From the IMG/VR virus record IMGVR_UViG_3300044257_000012: 41,389 nucleotides of DNA. The stretch is one strand, 5' to 3'. The position numbers and the translations under genes are program-made. The DNA is from a virus. Positions 8,382 to 14,906 of this stretch are shown piece by piece; the first letter of the stretch is position 1; each line of letters starts with the position of its first letter. A model generated the notes under the pieces. The model did no database searches. It had not been told where the DNA came from and saw nothing but the letters and a program-made list of their open reading frames with translations.

Positions 8382-8413
8382 CCCGCCGAGAAGCGAGCGA
8401 AGACTCAACGCGT

Positions 8414-8457
8414 CACCCCCGGCATCATGATCGCGATGATACAGCACAAAACCACAC
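8414..8457. repeat. 44-bp direct repeat, copy 1
   Basis: cacccccggcatcatgatcgcgatgatacagcacaaaaccacac is identical at 9502..9545. Confidence 0.95.
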
Positions 8458-8481
8458 CTCGCGCTGAGGTGTGGTTTTGTG
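8445..8481 (-). terminator. rho-independent terminator (16-bp stem)
   Basis: cacaaaaccacacctc-gcgct-gaggtgtggttttgtg immediately after the stop of gene 8488..9129. Confidence 0.7.
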
Positions 8482-8487
8482 TGCGAC

Positions 8488-9129
8488 TCAGGAGATGTCG
8501 AAACGCTCCTGAGTCGCCTCGACGGCGAGACTCCACACCTCGCACCATCCTTCTGCGCGAGCCAGGTCTTGCAGATCTCCCCAGGACGCCCCATCGCGCA
8601 GCGCGGAGAGAACCCCATTCACCTGATCTTCGTAATCGTCTAGGTAGTCGCCGACGATCCACGCAATGAGAGGGGATGAGTATTCAGCCTTGCCGTACTC
8701 CGCCGACGCCGCAGCGCGCACCTTGCGGTACTCCGTCCACGCCGCGTCGCACACCTTGTCACACTCCGCCGACGCCGCAGCGCGCACCTTGCGGTACTCC
8801 GTCCACGCCGCGGCGCACACCTTGTCGTTCTCCGCCAACGCCGCAGCGCGCACCTTGCGGTACTCCGTCCACGCCGCGTCGCACACCTTGTCGCACTCCG
8901 CCGACGCCGCAGCGCGCACCTTGCGGTACTCCGTCCACGCCGCGTCGCGCACCTTGTTGTACTCCGCCAACGTCGCAGCGCACACCTTGTCGTACTCCGC
9001 CAACGCCGCGTCGCGCACCTTGTCGTACTCCGCCAACGCCGCGTCGCACACCTTGCCGTACTCCGCCAACGCCACGCGCTGCTCTATGGGTAGCGGAAGT
9101 GTGATCTTAATTCGCCCCTCATTGGTCAT
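8488..9129 (-). CDS. tandem 11-residue-repeat protein
   Basis: 213 aa. About 12 consecutive A-x-x-E-Y-x-K-V-x-x-A units followed by a unique acidic C-terminal domain. Has its own promoter and terminator. Confidence 0.75.
   Translation of the reverse strand: MTNEGRIKITLPLPIEQRVALAEYGKVCDAALAEYDKVRDAALAEYDKVCAATLAEYNKVRDAAWTEYRKVRAAASAECDKVCDAAWTEYRKVRAAALAENDKVCAAAWTEYRKVRAAASAECDKVCDAAWTEYRKVRAAASAEYGKAEYSSPLIAWIVGDYLDDYEDQVNGVLSALRDGASWGDLQDLARAEGWCEVWSLAVEATQERFDIS
8680..9072. repeat. tandem repeat, 33-bp unit x about 12 (66/132-bp higher order)
   Basis: Periodic ccgccgacgccgcagcgcgcaccttgcggtactccgtccacgccgc.... All frames on both strands are open across it. Confidence 0.9.
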
Positions 9130-9135
9130 GCCAAA

Positions 9136-9164
9136 AGTCTAGCACGCACGAATCAAACGCACAA
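9136..9164 (-). promoter_or_regulatory. promoter TTGTGC-N17-TAGACT, 6 nt from ATG 9129
   Basis: Reverse complement reads ttgtgc gtttgattcgtgcgtgc tagact tttggc ATG. No SD is present. Confidence 0.55.
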
Positions 9165-9168
9165 GAAT

Positions 9169-9516
9169 CTAGCGTCGACGCAGTTCGAGGAAGAACGCCC
9201 CAGCTCCGCCAACCACTAGCGCAGCACTCGCTGAGTGCTGCGCGGCGGCCACCGTGAACGATGTAAGGCCGGCGAGCACGAGCGCGTGACGCGACAGGAA
9301 GACGGCCAGAAACGCGAACACGGCGACCGCGAAGCGCGCGCCCGCGTTTCTGGCCGAACCGAGCAGGCGCTTAGCTCGCAACCCCGCGAGAGCGAACGTG
9401 CCCAGCTTGATCCTGATCGAGGCATCCCTGTCGGCCAGAAGGCTGGACAGGGTCACGCGAGCGCGCACGGGGGGACGCACCGCGTGCACTCCGATCGTGA
9501 CCACCCCCGGCATCAT
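9169..9516 (-). CDS. membrane protein
   Basis: ORF 9169..9558 trimmed to ATGATG at 9516 inside the 44-bp repeat. 115 aa with 2-3 hydrophobic helices. Confidence 0.55.
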   Translation of the reverse strand: MMPGVVTIGVHAVRPPVRARVTLSSLLADRDASIRIKLGTFALAGLRAKRLLGSARNAGARFAVAVFAFLAVFLSRHALVLAGLTSFTVAAAQHSASAALVVGGAGAFFLELRRR

Positions 9517-9545
9517 GATCGCGATGATACAGCACAAAACCACAC
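9502..9545. repeat. 44-bp direct repeat, copy 2
   Basis: Identical to 8414..8457. Confidence 0.95.
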
Positions 9546-9550
9546 GGGAA

Positions 9551-9580
9551 AGGCGCACGTCCGGTTCAGGACGTGCGCCT
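9551..9580 (-). terminator. terminator hairpin
   Basis: aggcgcacgtcc-ggttca-ggacgtgcgcct downstream of the lipoprotein gene. Confidence 0.6.
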
Positions 9581-9603
9581 CGTTTCGTGCTGACCGACCC
9601 TGG

Positions 9604-9954
9604 CTACTTGTTGTCTTCCTCGCTGGACTGCAAGTCCTCGGTGCGCGCACGCGGTGAGCTGTCCGGCGCGCTGGGGTTGACGTCGATCGCACCCGCGCCG
9701 TTGACGATCCGGCCGTCCGCGGTGCACCCGTCGTAGACGATGAATTCATAGTCGTCGTCCCCGCCGTCGCCGAGTGCCGGCGTCCAGTAGATCAAGATCG
9801 AGCCGTCGCAGAACTTCTGAAGCGTTCCGTTCGTGCCGGGGACCTCAACAGAGTTCGTCTCATCCTTGTCGATCGTGCGCCGAGCACACCCGCCAACTCC
9901 AGCGATGGCGATGACGCCGACGATTAGTGCTGTCAGGATTCGCTTCATTTTCAT
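9604..9954 (-). CDS. secreted lipoprotein
   Basis: MKMKRILTALIVGVIAIAGVGGC is a signal peptide plus a lipobox-like AGVGG-C. GAGAGGGA SD. ATGA overlap with the upstream gene. Confidence 0.7.
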   Translation of the reverse strand: MKMKRILTALIVGVIAIAGVGGCARRTIDKDETNSVEVPGTNGTLQKFCDGSILIYWTPALGDGGDDDYEFIVYDGCTADGRIVNGAGAIDVNPSAPDSSPRARTEDLQSSEEDNK

Positions 9955-10106
9955 TTTCCCTCTCGCTTGTCACGGTGTTCGCGCCCTACTTGCATGTACG
10001 TCTTCTTGCACGTGCAACCCGCGCCGTGCTCACACCCGTTGCGCGAGTGATGTCTGCGTGGATGCCCACAGTTCTTCTGTCCACAGTTCTGTTCGCAGTC
10101 TGCCAT
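9951..10106 (-). CDS. Cys/His-rich small protein (possible metal-binding)
   Basis: ORF 9951..10181 trimmed to ATG 10106, preceded by CGAGGGGCT. 51 aa with 7 Cys and 7 His in the first 40 residues. Confidence 0.6.
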   Translation of the reverse strand: MADCEQNCGQKNCGHPRRHHSRNGCEHGAGCTCKKTYMQVGREHRDKREGK

Positions 10107-10135
10107 TAGCCCCTCGGTCTTTCGTGATGGTCGGA

Positions 10136-10372
10136 TTACTCGGTGACGTACCCGTCGGGGAAGTGGACTTCCGACGCGCACCCGTTCGCGTCGACATTGA
10201 TCTCCAGGCCGTAGATCTCGACAGTCTCAATCGGCACGTGCCGATTTCGCGCGTAGGCGACGTACGAGACGTCCGACTCGAAATACCTAATGATCTCCGC
10301 AACCTTCTCGTCACGCTTCATCCGTCCCGCAAGGAGTTCGGTGAGCCATTTCTCGTCGTCCGTCATCGCCAT
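10136..10372 (-). CDS. hypothetical protein
   Basis: ORF 10136..10408 trimmed to ATG 10372. 78 aa. A -10 box lies 6 nt upstream. Confidence 0.6.
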   Translation of the reverse strand: MAMTDDEKWLTELLAGRMKRDEKVAEIIRYFESDVSYVAYARNRHVPIETVEIYGLEINVDANGCASEVHFPDGYVTE

Positions 10373-10378
10373 GCTTAG

Positions 10379-10408
10379 ATTATTGCACACGGGAAAGGCG
10401 CGCCGCAA
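10379..10408 (-). promoter_or_regulatory. promoter TTGCGG-N18-AATAAT, 6 nt from ATG 10372
   Basis: Reverse complement reads ttgcgg...gtgtgc aataat ctaagc ATG. No SD is present. Confidence 0.4.
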
Positions 10409-10420
10409 TACGGCGCGCCT
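10396..10420 (-). terminator. terminator-like hairpin
   Basis: aggcgcgccg-caata-cggcgcgcct. Followed on the minus strand by ttcccgtgtg, which also follows hairpin 9551..9580. Confidence 0.45.
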
Positions 10421-10435
10421 AGATTTCTCGACTTC

Positions 10436-10600
10436 CTACTTCCCGCCGCGCTCGATCCCCTTACCGAACACGCGCGCCAGTTTCTCGCTTGCTTCGCGTG
10501 CGGCCTCGTCGACGCGTCGCCACTTCTCGCCGTCGCTGACCGATTCAGCCGCGCGCGATCCGCCCTGGCTTTCGAGGCTCCACCCCTTGCGCGGCTTCAT
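10436..10600 (-). CDS. hypothetical small basic protein (54 aa, below the ORF-track cut-off)
   Basis: Hand translation gives MKPRKGWSLESQGG...GIERGGK. GGGAGGG SD. ATGA overlap with the upstream stop. Confidence 0.55.
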   Translation of the reverse strand: MKPRKGWSLESQGGSRAAESVSDGEKWRRVDEAAREASEKLARVFGKGIERGGK

Positions 10601-10788
10601 CTGACCACCCTCCCGTCAGGCGTCACGCATAGGTAGCGCGTGCGATAGGTGTACTGCGGAGTCGCCCCGAGCTGCGCGCAATGCTCATTGGCGTTCCTGA
10701 CGTCGCGACCCCATGCCCAGTCAATGAGCAGGTACGACCCATAGAAGACGGCCGCCACGACAAGAAGGGCAACGATGGCGGTCTTCAC
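10597..10788 (-). CDS. small membrane protein
   Basis: 63 aa. N-terminal TM helix AIVALLVVAAVFYGSYLLI. 4-nt overlap with the upstream gene. Confidence 0.6.
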   Translation of the reverse strand: MKTAIVALLVVAAVFYGSYLLIDWAWGRDVRNANEHCAQLGATPQYTYRTRYLCVTPDGRVVR

Positions 10789-11105
10789 GACTCCTCCACT
10801 TCGCTGAAGATCTCACTCGTGGGCGGCATCGGTGCCCAGTCGAGATCAAGCACGTCGAGGCTGGTCCACTCCCCAATGCCGCCATCGATCTTGATCCACA
10901 CTCCATTGCGCTCCCGCACCTCAATCGTGCCGACTCGCGAGTCGCGGCAGACAACCCGCTTGCCGCACAGCATGAGCTTGCAGTCGGGGCAGTCGACGGC
11001 GAACCATCGCTCGCTCACGGCCTGTGCGCTGACCACGCCGCAAGCCGGCCCGATGAAACCCTGTCCCTTGCTGAACCGCCTGTAATTCTCGTAATGAATC
11101 GCCAT
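10785..11105 (-). CDS. hypothetical protein
   Basis: 106-aa ORF with CPDC..C..C cysteines. A promoter -10 lies 6 nt upstream of the ATG. Confidence 0.6.
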   Translation of the reverse strand: MAIHYENYRRFSKGQGFIGPACGVVSAQAVSERWFAVDCPDCKLMLCGKRVVCRDSRVGTIEVRERNGVWIKIDGGIGEWTSLDVLDLDWAPMPPTSEIFSEVEES

Positions 11106-11111
11106 GCCATG

Positions 11112-11140
11112 AATCTACCGCGCATGAATCAAGATCGCAA
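11112..11140 (-). promoter_or_regulatory. promoter TTGCGA-N17-TAGATT, 6 nt from ATG 11105
   Basis: Reverse complement reads ttgcga tcttgattcatgcgcgg tagatt catggc ATG. Confidence 0.55.
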
Positions 11141-11175
11141 CCCTCGCGCGAGTGAAACATGCATCAATTCAAGGC

Positions 11176-11204
11176 TTGCGAATTGGGGCAGCATGAATTA
11201 AGCT
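11176..11204 (+). promoter_or_regulatory. promoter TTGCGA-N17-TAAGCT
   Basis: Divergent from 11112..11140. 27 nt upstream of ATG 11232. Confidence 0.5.
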
Positions 11205-11231
11205 AGTGGCATCACCAGCGAGGGAGCGAAC

Positions 11232-11393
11232 ATGAAGTACAACCTGACGATCACCACAGAGTCCGCCGCCGGCACCGACAGGCTCACCTTCCGGAACCGC
11301 ACTGCCGAGCAGGCCGCAAAGCTGGAACGTGACCGCCGAGCCAAGGCGCCCAAGGGATCCGCGGTCACTGTGCGGGTCACTGAAGCCAAGTAG
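11232..11393 (+). CDS. hypothetical small protein (53 aa, below the ORF-track cut-off), opposite orientation to its neighbours
   Basis: Hand translation gives MKYNLTITTESAAGTDRLTF...VRVTEAK. GAGGGAG SD. Has its own promoter and terminator. Confidence 0.55.
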   Translation: MKYNLTITTESAAGTDRLTFRNRTAEQAAKLERDRRAKAPKGSAVTVRVTEAK

Positions 11394-11398
11394 TCGAC

Positions 11399-11447
11399 GC
11401 ACACGGAAACCCCCACCTCAGCGGAAAGGGAGGGGGTTTCCGTGTGC
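11399..11447. terminator. bidirectional terminator, 16-bp stem
   Basis: gcacacggaaaccccc...gggggtttccgtgtgc between convergent genes. Confidence 0.7.
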
Positions 11448-11693
11448 CTAGTCCTTACTGATCGAGCCCCATTCATGGCGCTCGATACCGTCAAGATCAA
11501 CTACCCCCCCCCCGGTCCCACGAGTCTCGATCTCGAAATCATCGTCCACCTGGTCTTCTTCACCCCACTCGTACTCATCGTCCTCGGTGGGGGAGTGGTT
11601 GTGGATCTTGACAGTCGCCACGTGAATCAAGTACATGACCACGACAGCCACCACGATGGCGATCGGTCCGCCCCATCCCCTGTCCGCATCCAT
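11448..11693 (-). CDS. membrane protein with acidic C-terminal tail
   Basis: ORF 11448..11738 trimmed to ATG 11693 (TGATG overlap). 81 aa. TM helix PIAIVVAVVVMYLIHV followed by a D/E-rich tail. Confidence 0.55.
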   Translation of the reverse strand: MDADRGWGGPIAIVVAVVVMYLIHVATVKIHNHSPTEDDEYEWGEEDQVDDDFEIETRGTGGGVVDLDGIERHEWGSISKD

Positions 11694-12220
11694 CACGCCG
11701 CTCCGAACAAGATGATCGGCAGGGGTGCCACGATCCACGTCAGCGCCTCAACCGTGGCCTCTGTCGTACTACCCACCAGCCCCTGTCCGAGGTCGGCCAG
11801 AACGCCGAGCAGGAAGGCGACCACCCACAGCTTCCAGTTCACCTTGCCCAATCCCGACTGCGGAAATTTGAGCGTGGCCCACCGCCCAAGACCCTTGCTC
11901 GCGCGATCGGGCAGCAAGCATCCCGTCGCGTAGATAGCCAGAACGCCCACACTCGCGCCGATGAGCGCGTTGATGCTCGCGCCGGCGACGTACGCACCCT
12001 TGGTCTGATCGAGCAGTCCCTGAATCAGCATCCCCAATTTCTCCACGGTCCATTTGTCGGCTGGAGATTTGTTGAACCCGTCACGAAACCCGGCGATGGC
12101 CATCAGGAACGCCGCACGGTCGCGCAGTGAATCCGGACCGGCGCTCATGTAATCGATCACGAAAGCCAGTACGAGCACGATCACCACGCCGGTAGGACTC
12201 ATTGCATGTTCGCGCATCAC
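11693..12220 (-). CDS. integral membrane protein (about 4 TM helices)
   Basis: 175-aa ORF. The start is GTG 12220 or ATG 12217, overlapping the upstream stop. Confidence 0.65.
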   Translation of the reverse strand: MMREHAMSPTGVVIVLVLAFVIDYMSAGPDSLRDRAAFLMAIAGFRDGFNKSPADKWTVEKLGMLIQGLLDQTKGAYVAGASINALIGASVGVLAIYATGCLLPDRASKGLGRWATLKFPQSGLGKVNWKLWVVAFLLGVLADLGQGLVGSTTEATVEALTWIVAPLPIILFGAA

Positions 12221-12468
12221 CGATTCCCCAGCCAGTCCATCACGTACGCCCCACCATCCTGGTCGGTTTCATGCACACTCAATCGCACGCGGTCCAGTGG
12301 TGTCTTCAGCGATCGTGCGATCGCTGAACGCAGTCCCTCCAGCTCGACACGAGCGAGCATCAGCCCGGCTGGAGTGTCGAGATCGAGCGCTGCCAGGTGC
12401 ACGCGATCGACGAGCACTTCATAGTTGTCATCTTCATACACGCGCAACCGATACGTACCGAGCATCAT
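12217..12468 (-). CDS. hypothetical protein
   Basis: ORF 12217..12510 trimmed to ATGATG at 12468, preceded by AGGGGGG. 83 aa. Confidence 0.55.
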   Translation of the reverse strand: MMLGTYRLRVYEDDNYEVLVDRVHLAALDLDTPAGLMLARVELEGLRSAIARSLKTPLDRVRLSVHETDQDGGAYVMDWLGNR

Positions 12469-12489
12469 TTCCCCCCTGTTCAAACGTGC

Positions 12490-12524
12490 GAGCACTGGCG
12501 ATCGACGCACGATCGCCAGTGCTC
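12490..12524 (-). terminator. terminator hairpin, 14-bp stem
   Basis: gagcactggcgatc-gacgcac-gatcgccagtgctc. Confidence 0.55.
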
Positions 12525-12543
12525 GTGACTATTCGTTGCGTCG

Positions 12544-12744
12544 TCAGATCATGTCCCGCTTGAAGCGCTCCCACCTGGTTTTCGGTGCTGGCGTAAGCGG
12601 GATGTGCTTCTCTTGTGACTTCTTCTGAGCGCGCGTCAATTGACCCGCGCCGTATTCGTCACCGTACGCATCACCACTCTTGCCCGCGCGCTTCAGGATC
12701 TCTTGAGCTTTTCGCGCAGCCTCGCGCTCACTCGCCCGACTCAT
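12544..12744 (-). CDS. hypothetical small basic protein
   Basis: 66-aa ORF, Lys/Arg-rich. TGATG overlap with the upstream gene. Confidence 0.55.
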   Translation of the reverse strand: MSRASEREAARKAQEILKRAGKSGDAYGDEYGAGQLTRAQKKSQEKHIPLTPAPKTRWERFKRDMI

Positions 12745-12911
12745 CAGTCCCTGTCCCGCCTGTCCCGCATGTGCACGTCGCGCGACTCGCGCCGCATCAC
12801 GCCGGCGATGTCGGGATCGCGAGCTACCGCCTGGTCGTCGCGGTTGCGCTTGTCCGTGTCCTCAGTGCGCCGCGGATTCTCGCGACCCTTGTTGCCACCC
12901 TTGTTGGCCAT
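12744..12911 (-). CDS. hypothetical small charged protein (55 aa, below the ORF-track cut-off)
   Basis: Hand translation gives MANKGGNKGRENPRRTEDTDKRNRDD.... GGAGAGGAAG..AGGGG lies upstream. Confidence 0.5.
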   Translation of the reverse strand: MANKGGNKGRENPRRTEDTDKRNRDDQAVARDPDIAGVMRRESRDVHMRDRRDRD

Positions 12912-12936
12912 ACCCCTGCTCTTCCTCTCCAGAAAA

Positions 12937-12960
12937 GCGCGCCACCGATCGGTGGCGCGC
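12937..12960 (-). terminator. terminator, perfect palindrome gcgcgccaccgatcggtggcgcgc
   Basis: Followed by a T-run on the minus strand (A-run 12933..12936). Confidence 0.6.
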
Positions 12961-12971
12961 TCCGTGCCGAC

Positions 12972-13256
12972 TCAGGCGTCCGCGTCGATCTCGGCCCATC
13001 GAACGTGGCAGAACTTGACCGCCTTGACGCCCGAGTGTCGGCCCTTGCAGCGTCCGCACCGAACCCCAGCGACAGTCGTAACGGGGAGGCCGCCGCTCAT
13101 CTGGAAAGCCTCACCCTCGAAGACGTAGGCGTCTCCGTACCGAGTGGGCATCCCTTCCGCCATCTCGGCGGCGAGCACGCGCTCCGCGTCCTCGACAGTC
13201 GCCATGACGTGCGCCCAGTAGTGCGACTGGCCTTCAGCCATCCCGCTGCTCCGCAT
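12972..13256 (-). CDS. hypothetical protein with CxxC...C.H cluster
   Basis: ORF 12972..13298 trimmed to ATG 13256, with GAGGGGCGA 4 nt upstream. 94 aa. Confidence 0.6.
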   Translation of the reverse strand: MRSSGMAEGQSHYWAHVMATVEDAERVLAAEMAEGMPTRYGDAYVFEGEAFQMSGGLPVTTVAGVRCGRCKGRHSGVKAVKFCHVRWAEIDADA

Positions 13257-13298
13257 GTTCTCGCCCCTCGCTCGTTCGCTCCCTCGCTTACAAGTCAA

Positions 13299-13327
13299 AC
13301 TCTACACTGCACGAATCGAACACGCAA
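13299..13327 (-). promoter_or_regulatory. promoter TTGCGT-N17-TAGAGT
   Basis: Reverse complement of 13299..13327. Lies in the 35-nt gap after the terminase stop. Confidence 0.55.
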
Positions 13328-13333
13328 GTATCT

Positions 13334-14710
13334 TCAGTTGATAAATCTCACGCGCATCCTAGGCTGGAGATCGAGGTACGCGCCGACGTAGCGCGCCGTA
13401 TCCATGCTGTGGTCGTTAACCTTCAGCGGCTTATCCTTCACGGGCTTACCGTCCATCGACGGTTCCCAGACGTAGCCCTCAACCTCCTCGCCCATCCACG
13501 TCGGCCGGCCAGACTCGCCGAGCTCGGTGTCACGCGAGACCAGGGCATCGCGACACAGGAGCGCGCGCGGCAGGCCGTCAGGCTGCACCACGAGGCGCGC
13601 GGACAGCGCCTGGATACCCTCGCTCACGTTCTTGTTGGCGGCGAGCGTCCCGATCTCCGCGTGCCGCTCGAACGTCGCCCGGTCCTCGGCATCGTGGTCA
13701 CACACCACGGCCATCGGGCGCGGGTACTTCCACACGCCGTCAGCCGTGCGCACCACGGCCAGGATGTCGCGCACGTGATCCTCCACCAGGCGCTTGGTCC
13801 GGTAGATCTCCTTCTCCAGATACATGCGCCCATCGGGATCGATCGCCCACATCTGCCACACGAAAGGGTTCGTGTACCCGAAGTCGATCCCCCACACCCG
13901 CGGCCAGTCACGAGGGAGAATCTTGCGATCGATGAGGTGAACGTCGGACTGCCACCCCTCGTAGATCATGCCCTCAGCCGCGGCCCACCGTCCGTACCGC
14001 AAACGCTCACGCCGCACACCCGTCAGCCGATCCAGCCGTGCGATGTAGTCACGCCCGTACGACGTCACCACACCATCGGCACCGAAGATCCGCGGGTTGT
14101 CCTCGTGGCGCGACAGGAGCATCTTCGTCAGGCCGTCGTCGCATCTCTTCTTGAGCCAGTGCGACGGCTGCTGCGGGTTACAGTCGGCCAGCAACTGCTG
14201 GAACGACGTCCGCCCGTTACGTAGCCGACTGTTGACCTTCTCCCAGTCATCGAGCGTGAAGTCGGTCCCCTCTTGCAGGAAGGCGACGTCGTACTCCGCG
14301 CTCATCACCTTGTCGGCGTTGTCCATCCCGCCGACGACGATCACAGAGCCGTTCTTATAGATGTACTGCGCCGGCTTCTCCCCCGACCCCCCGTGCCACT
14401 TCATGTGCCCCTGAGCGATCGACTCCGCGGCCACCTGCTCCCGCAGCGTCACCAGGCCTGTCGACGTGAGCGATTTGTGCGTCTTGCGCAGCACGAGCGC
14501 ACGCATCCCCCTAAGGTGATGCTCGTGATCCTTTGTGCACCCCTTTTCGCACATTCCATTCATCAGGCACATCAAATGAATCTTGTACAGCGCCCCATAG
14601 CTTTTGCCGGTTCCGGCGGCACCGACTGTCAGAACCTCAGGGGAGCGGTCGGCCAGAAGGGTGCGAGCGGCCCCCCTGGTCTCGATCCGCCTGACGATCG
14701 GCTCAGGCAC
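13334..14710 (-). CDS. terL: terminase large subunit
   Basis: Walker A GAAGTGKS, Walker B DVAFLQE, nuclease motifs GIDFG / CDHD / DHSMDTARY. The track start is TTG 14719; GTG 14710 is preferred because GGGAG lies 10 nt upstream. Confidence 0.9.
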   Translation of the reverse strand: MPEPIVRRIETRGAARTLLADRSPEVLTVGAAGTGKSYGALYKIHLMCLMNGMCEKGCTKDHEHHLRGMRALVLRKTHKSLTSTGLVTLREQVAAESIAQGHMKWHGGSGEKPAQYIYKNGSVIVVGGMDNADKVMSAEYDVAFLQEGTDFTLDDWEKVNSRLRNGRTSFQQLLADCNPQQPSHWLKKRCDDGLTKMLLSRHEDNPRIFGADGVVTSYGRDYIARLDRLTGVRRERLRYGRWAAAEGMIYEGWQSDVHLIDRKILPRDWPRVWGIDFGYTNPFVWQMWAIDPDGRMYLEKEIYRTKRLVEDHVRDILAVVRTADGVWKYPRPMAVVCDHDAEDRATFERHAEIGTLAANKNVSEGIQALSARLVVQPDGLPRALLCRDALVSRDTELGESGRPTWMGEEVEGYVWEPSMDGKPVKDKPLKVNDHSMDTARYVGAYLDLQPRMRVRFIN

Positions 14711-14906
14711 AGGACACAAGCTCCCATGCTCGAATGAGGCGAACGGCGAGAATCAGCGTCTCGTCCGAGCTCATTGGTCGGTCCGGCGCTCTCATGCGCA
14801 CCGACCTCGACGTGCGCATAACGGTGATCGACGCGTCCGCCGGAATGCCTCGCGCGTGCAGCAATCCGGGCACACGCTCATCCTCCGCCCAATCCTGATC
14901 ACTCAC
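14703..14906 (-). CDS. hypothetical protein between the terminase subunits
   Basis: 67-aa ORF. GTGA overlap with the upstream stop. Its 3' end overlaps the terL start. Confidence 0.4.
   Translation of the reverse strand: MSDQDWAEDERVPGLLHARGIPADASITVMRTSRSVRMRAPDRPMSSDETLILAVRLIRAWELVSCA

Noticed and set aside
8405-8662. 85-aa ORF, and the N-terminal extension of 9169..9558, both containing CCIIAIMMPGV, as a small gene family.
   Set aside because: The shared peptide is encoded by the 44-bp DNA repeat. The upstream parts run through terminator hairpins.
8666-9142. CRISPR-like periodic repeats, plus four extra long ORFs (8666..9142 +, 8676..9104 +, 8759..9049 -) over the same DNA.
   Set aside because: The 33-bp units are contiguous with no spacers and lie inside one coherent protein-coding frame. 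The other ORFs are low-complexity (Pro/Arg/Thr or Gly/Val/Arg) by-products of the repeat.
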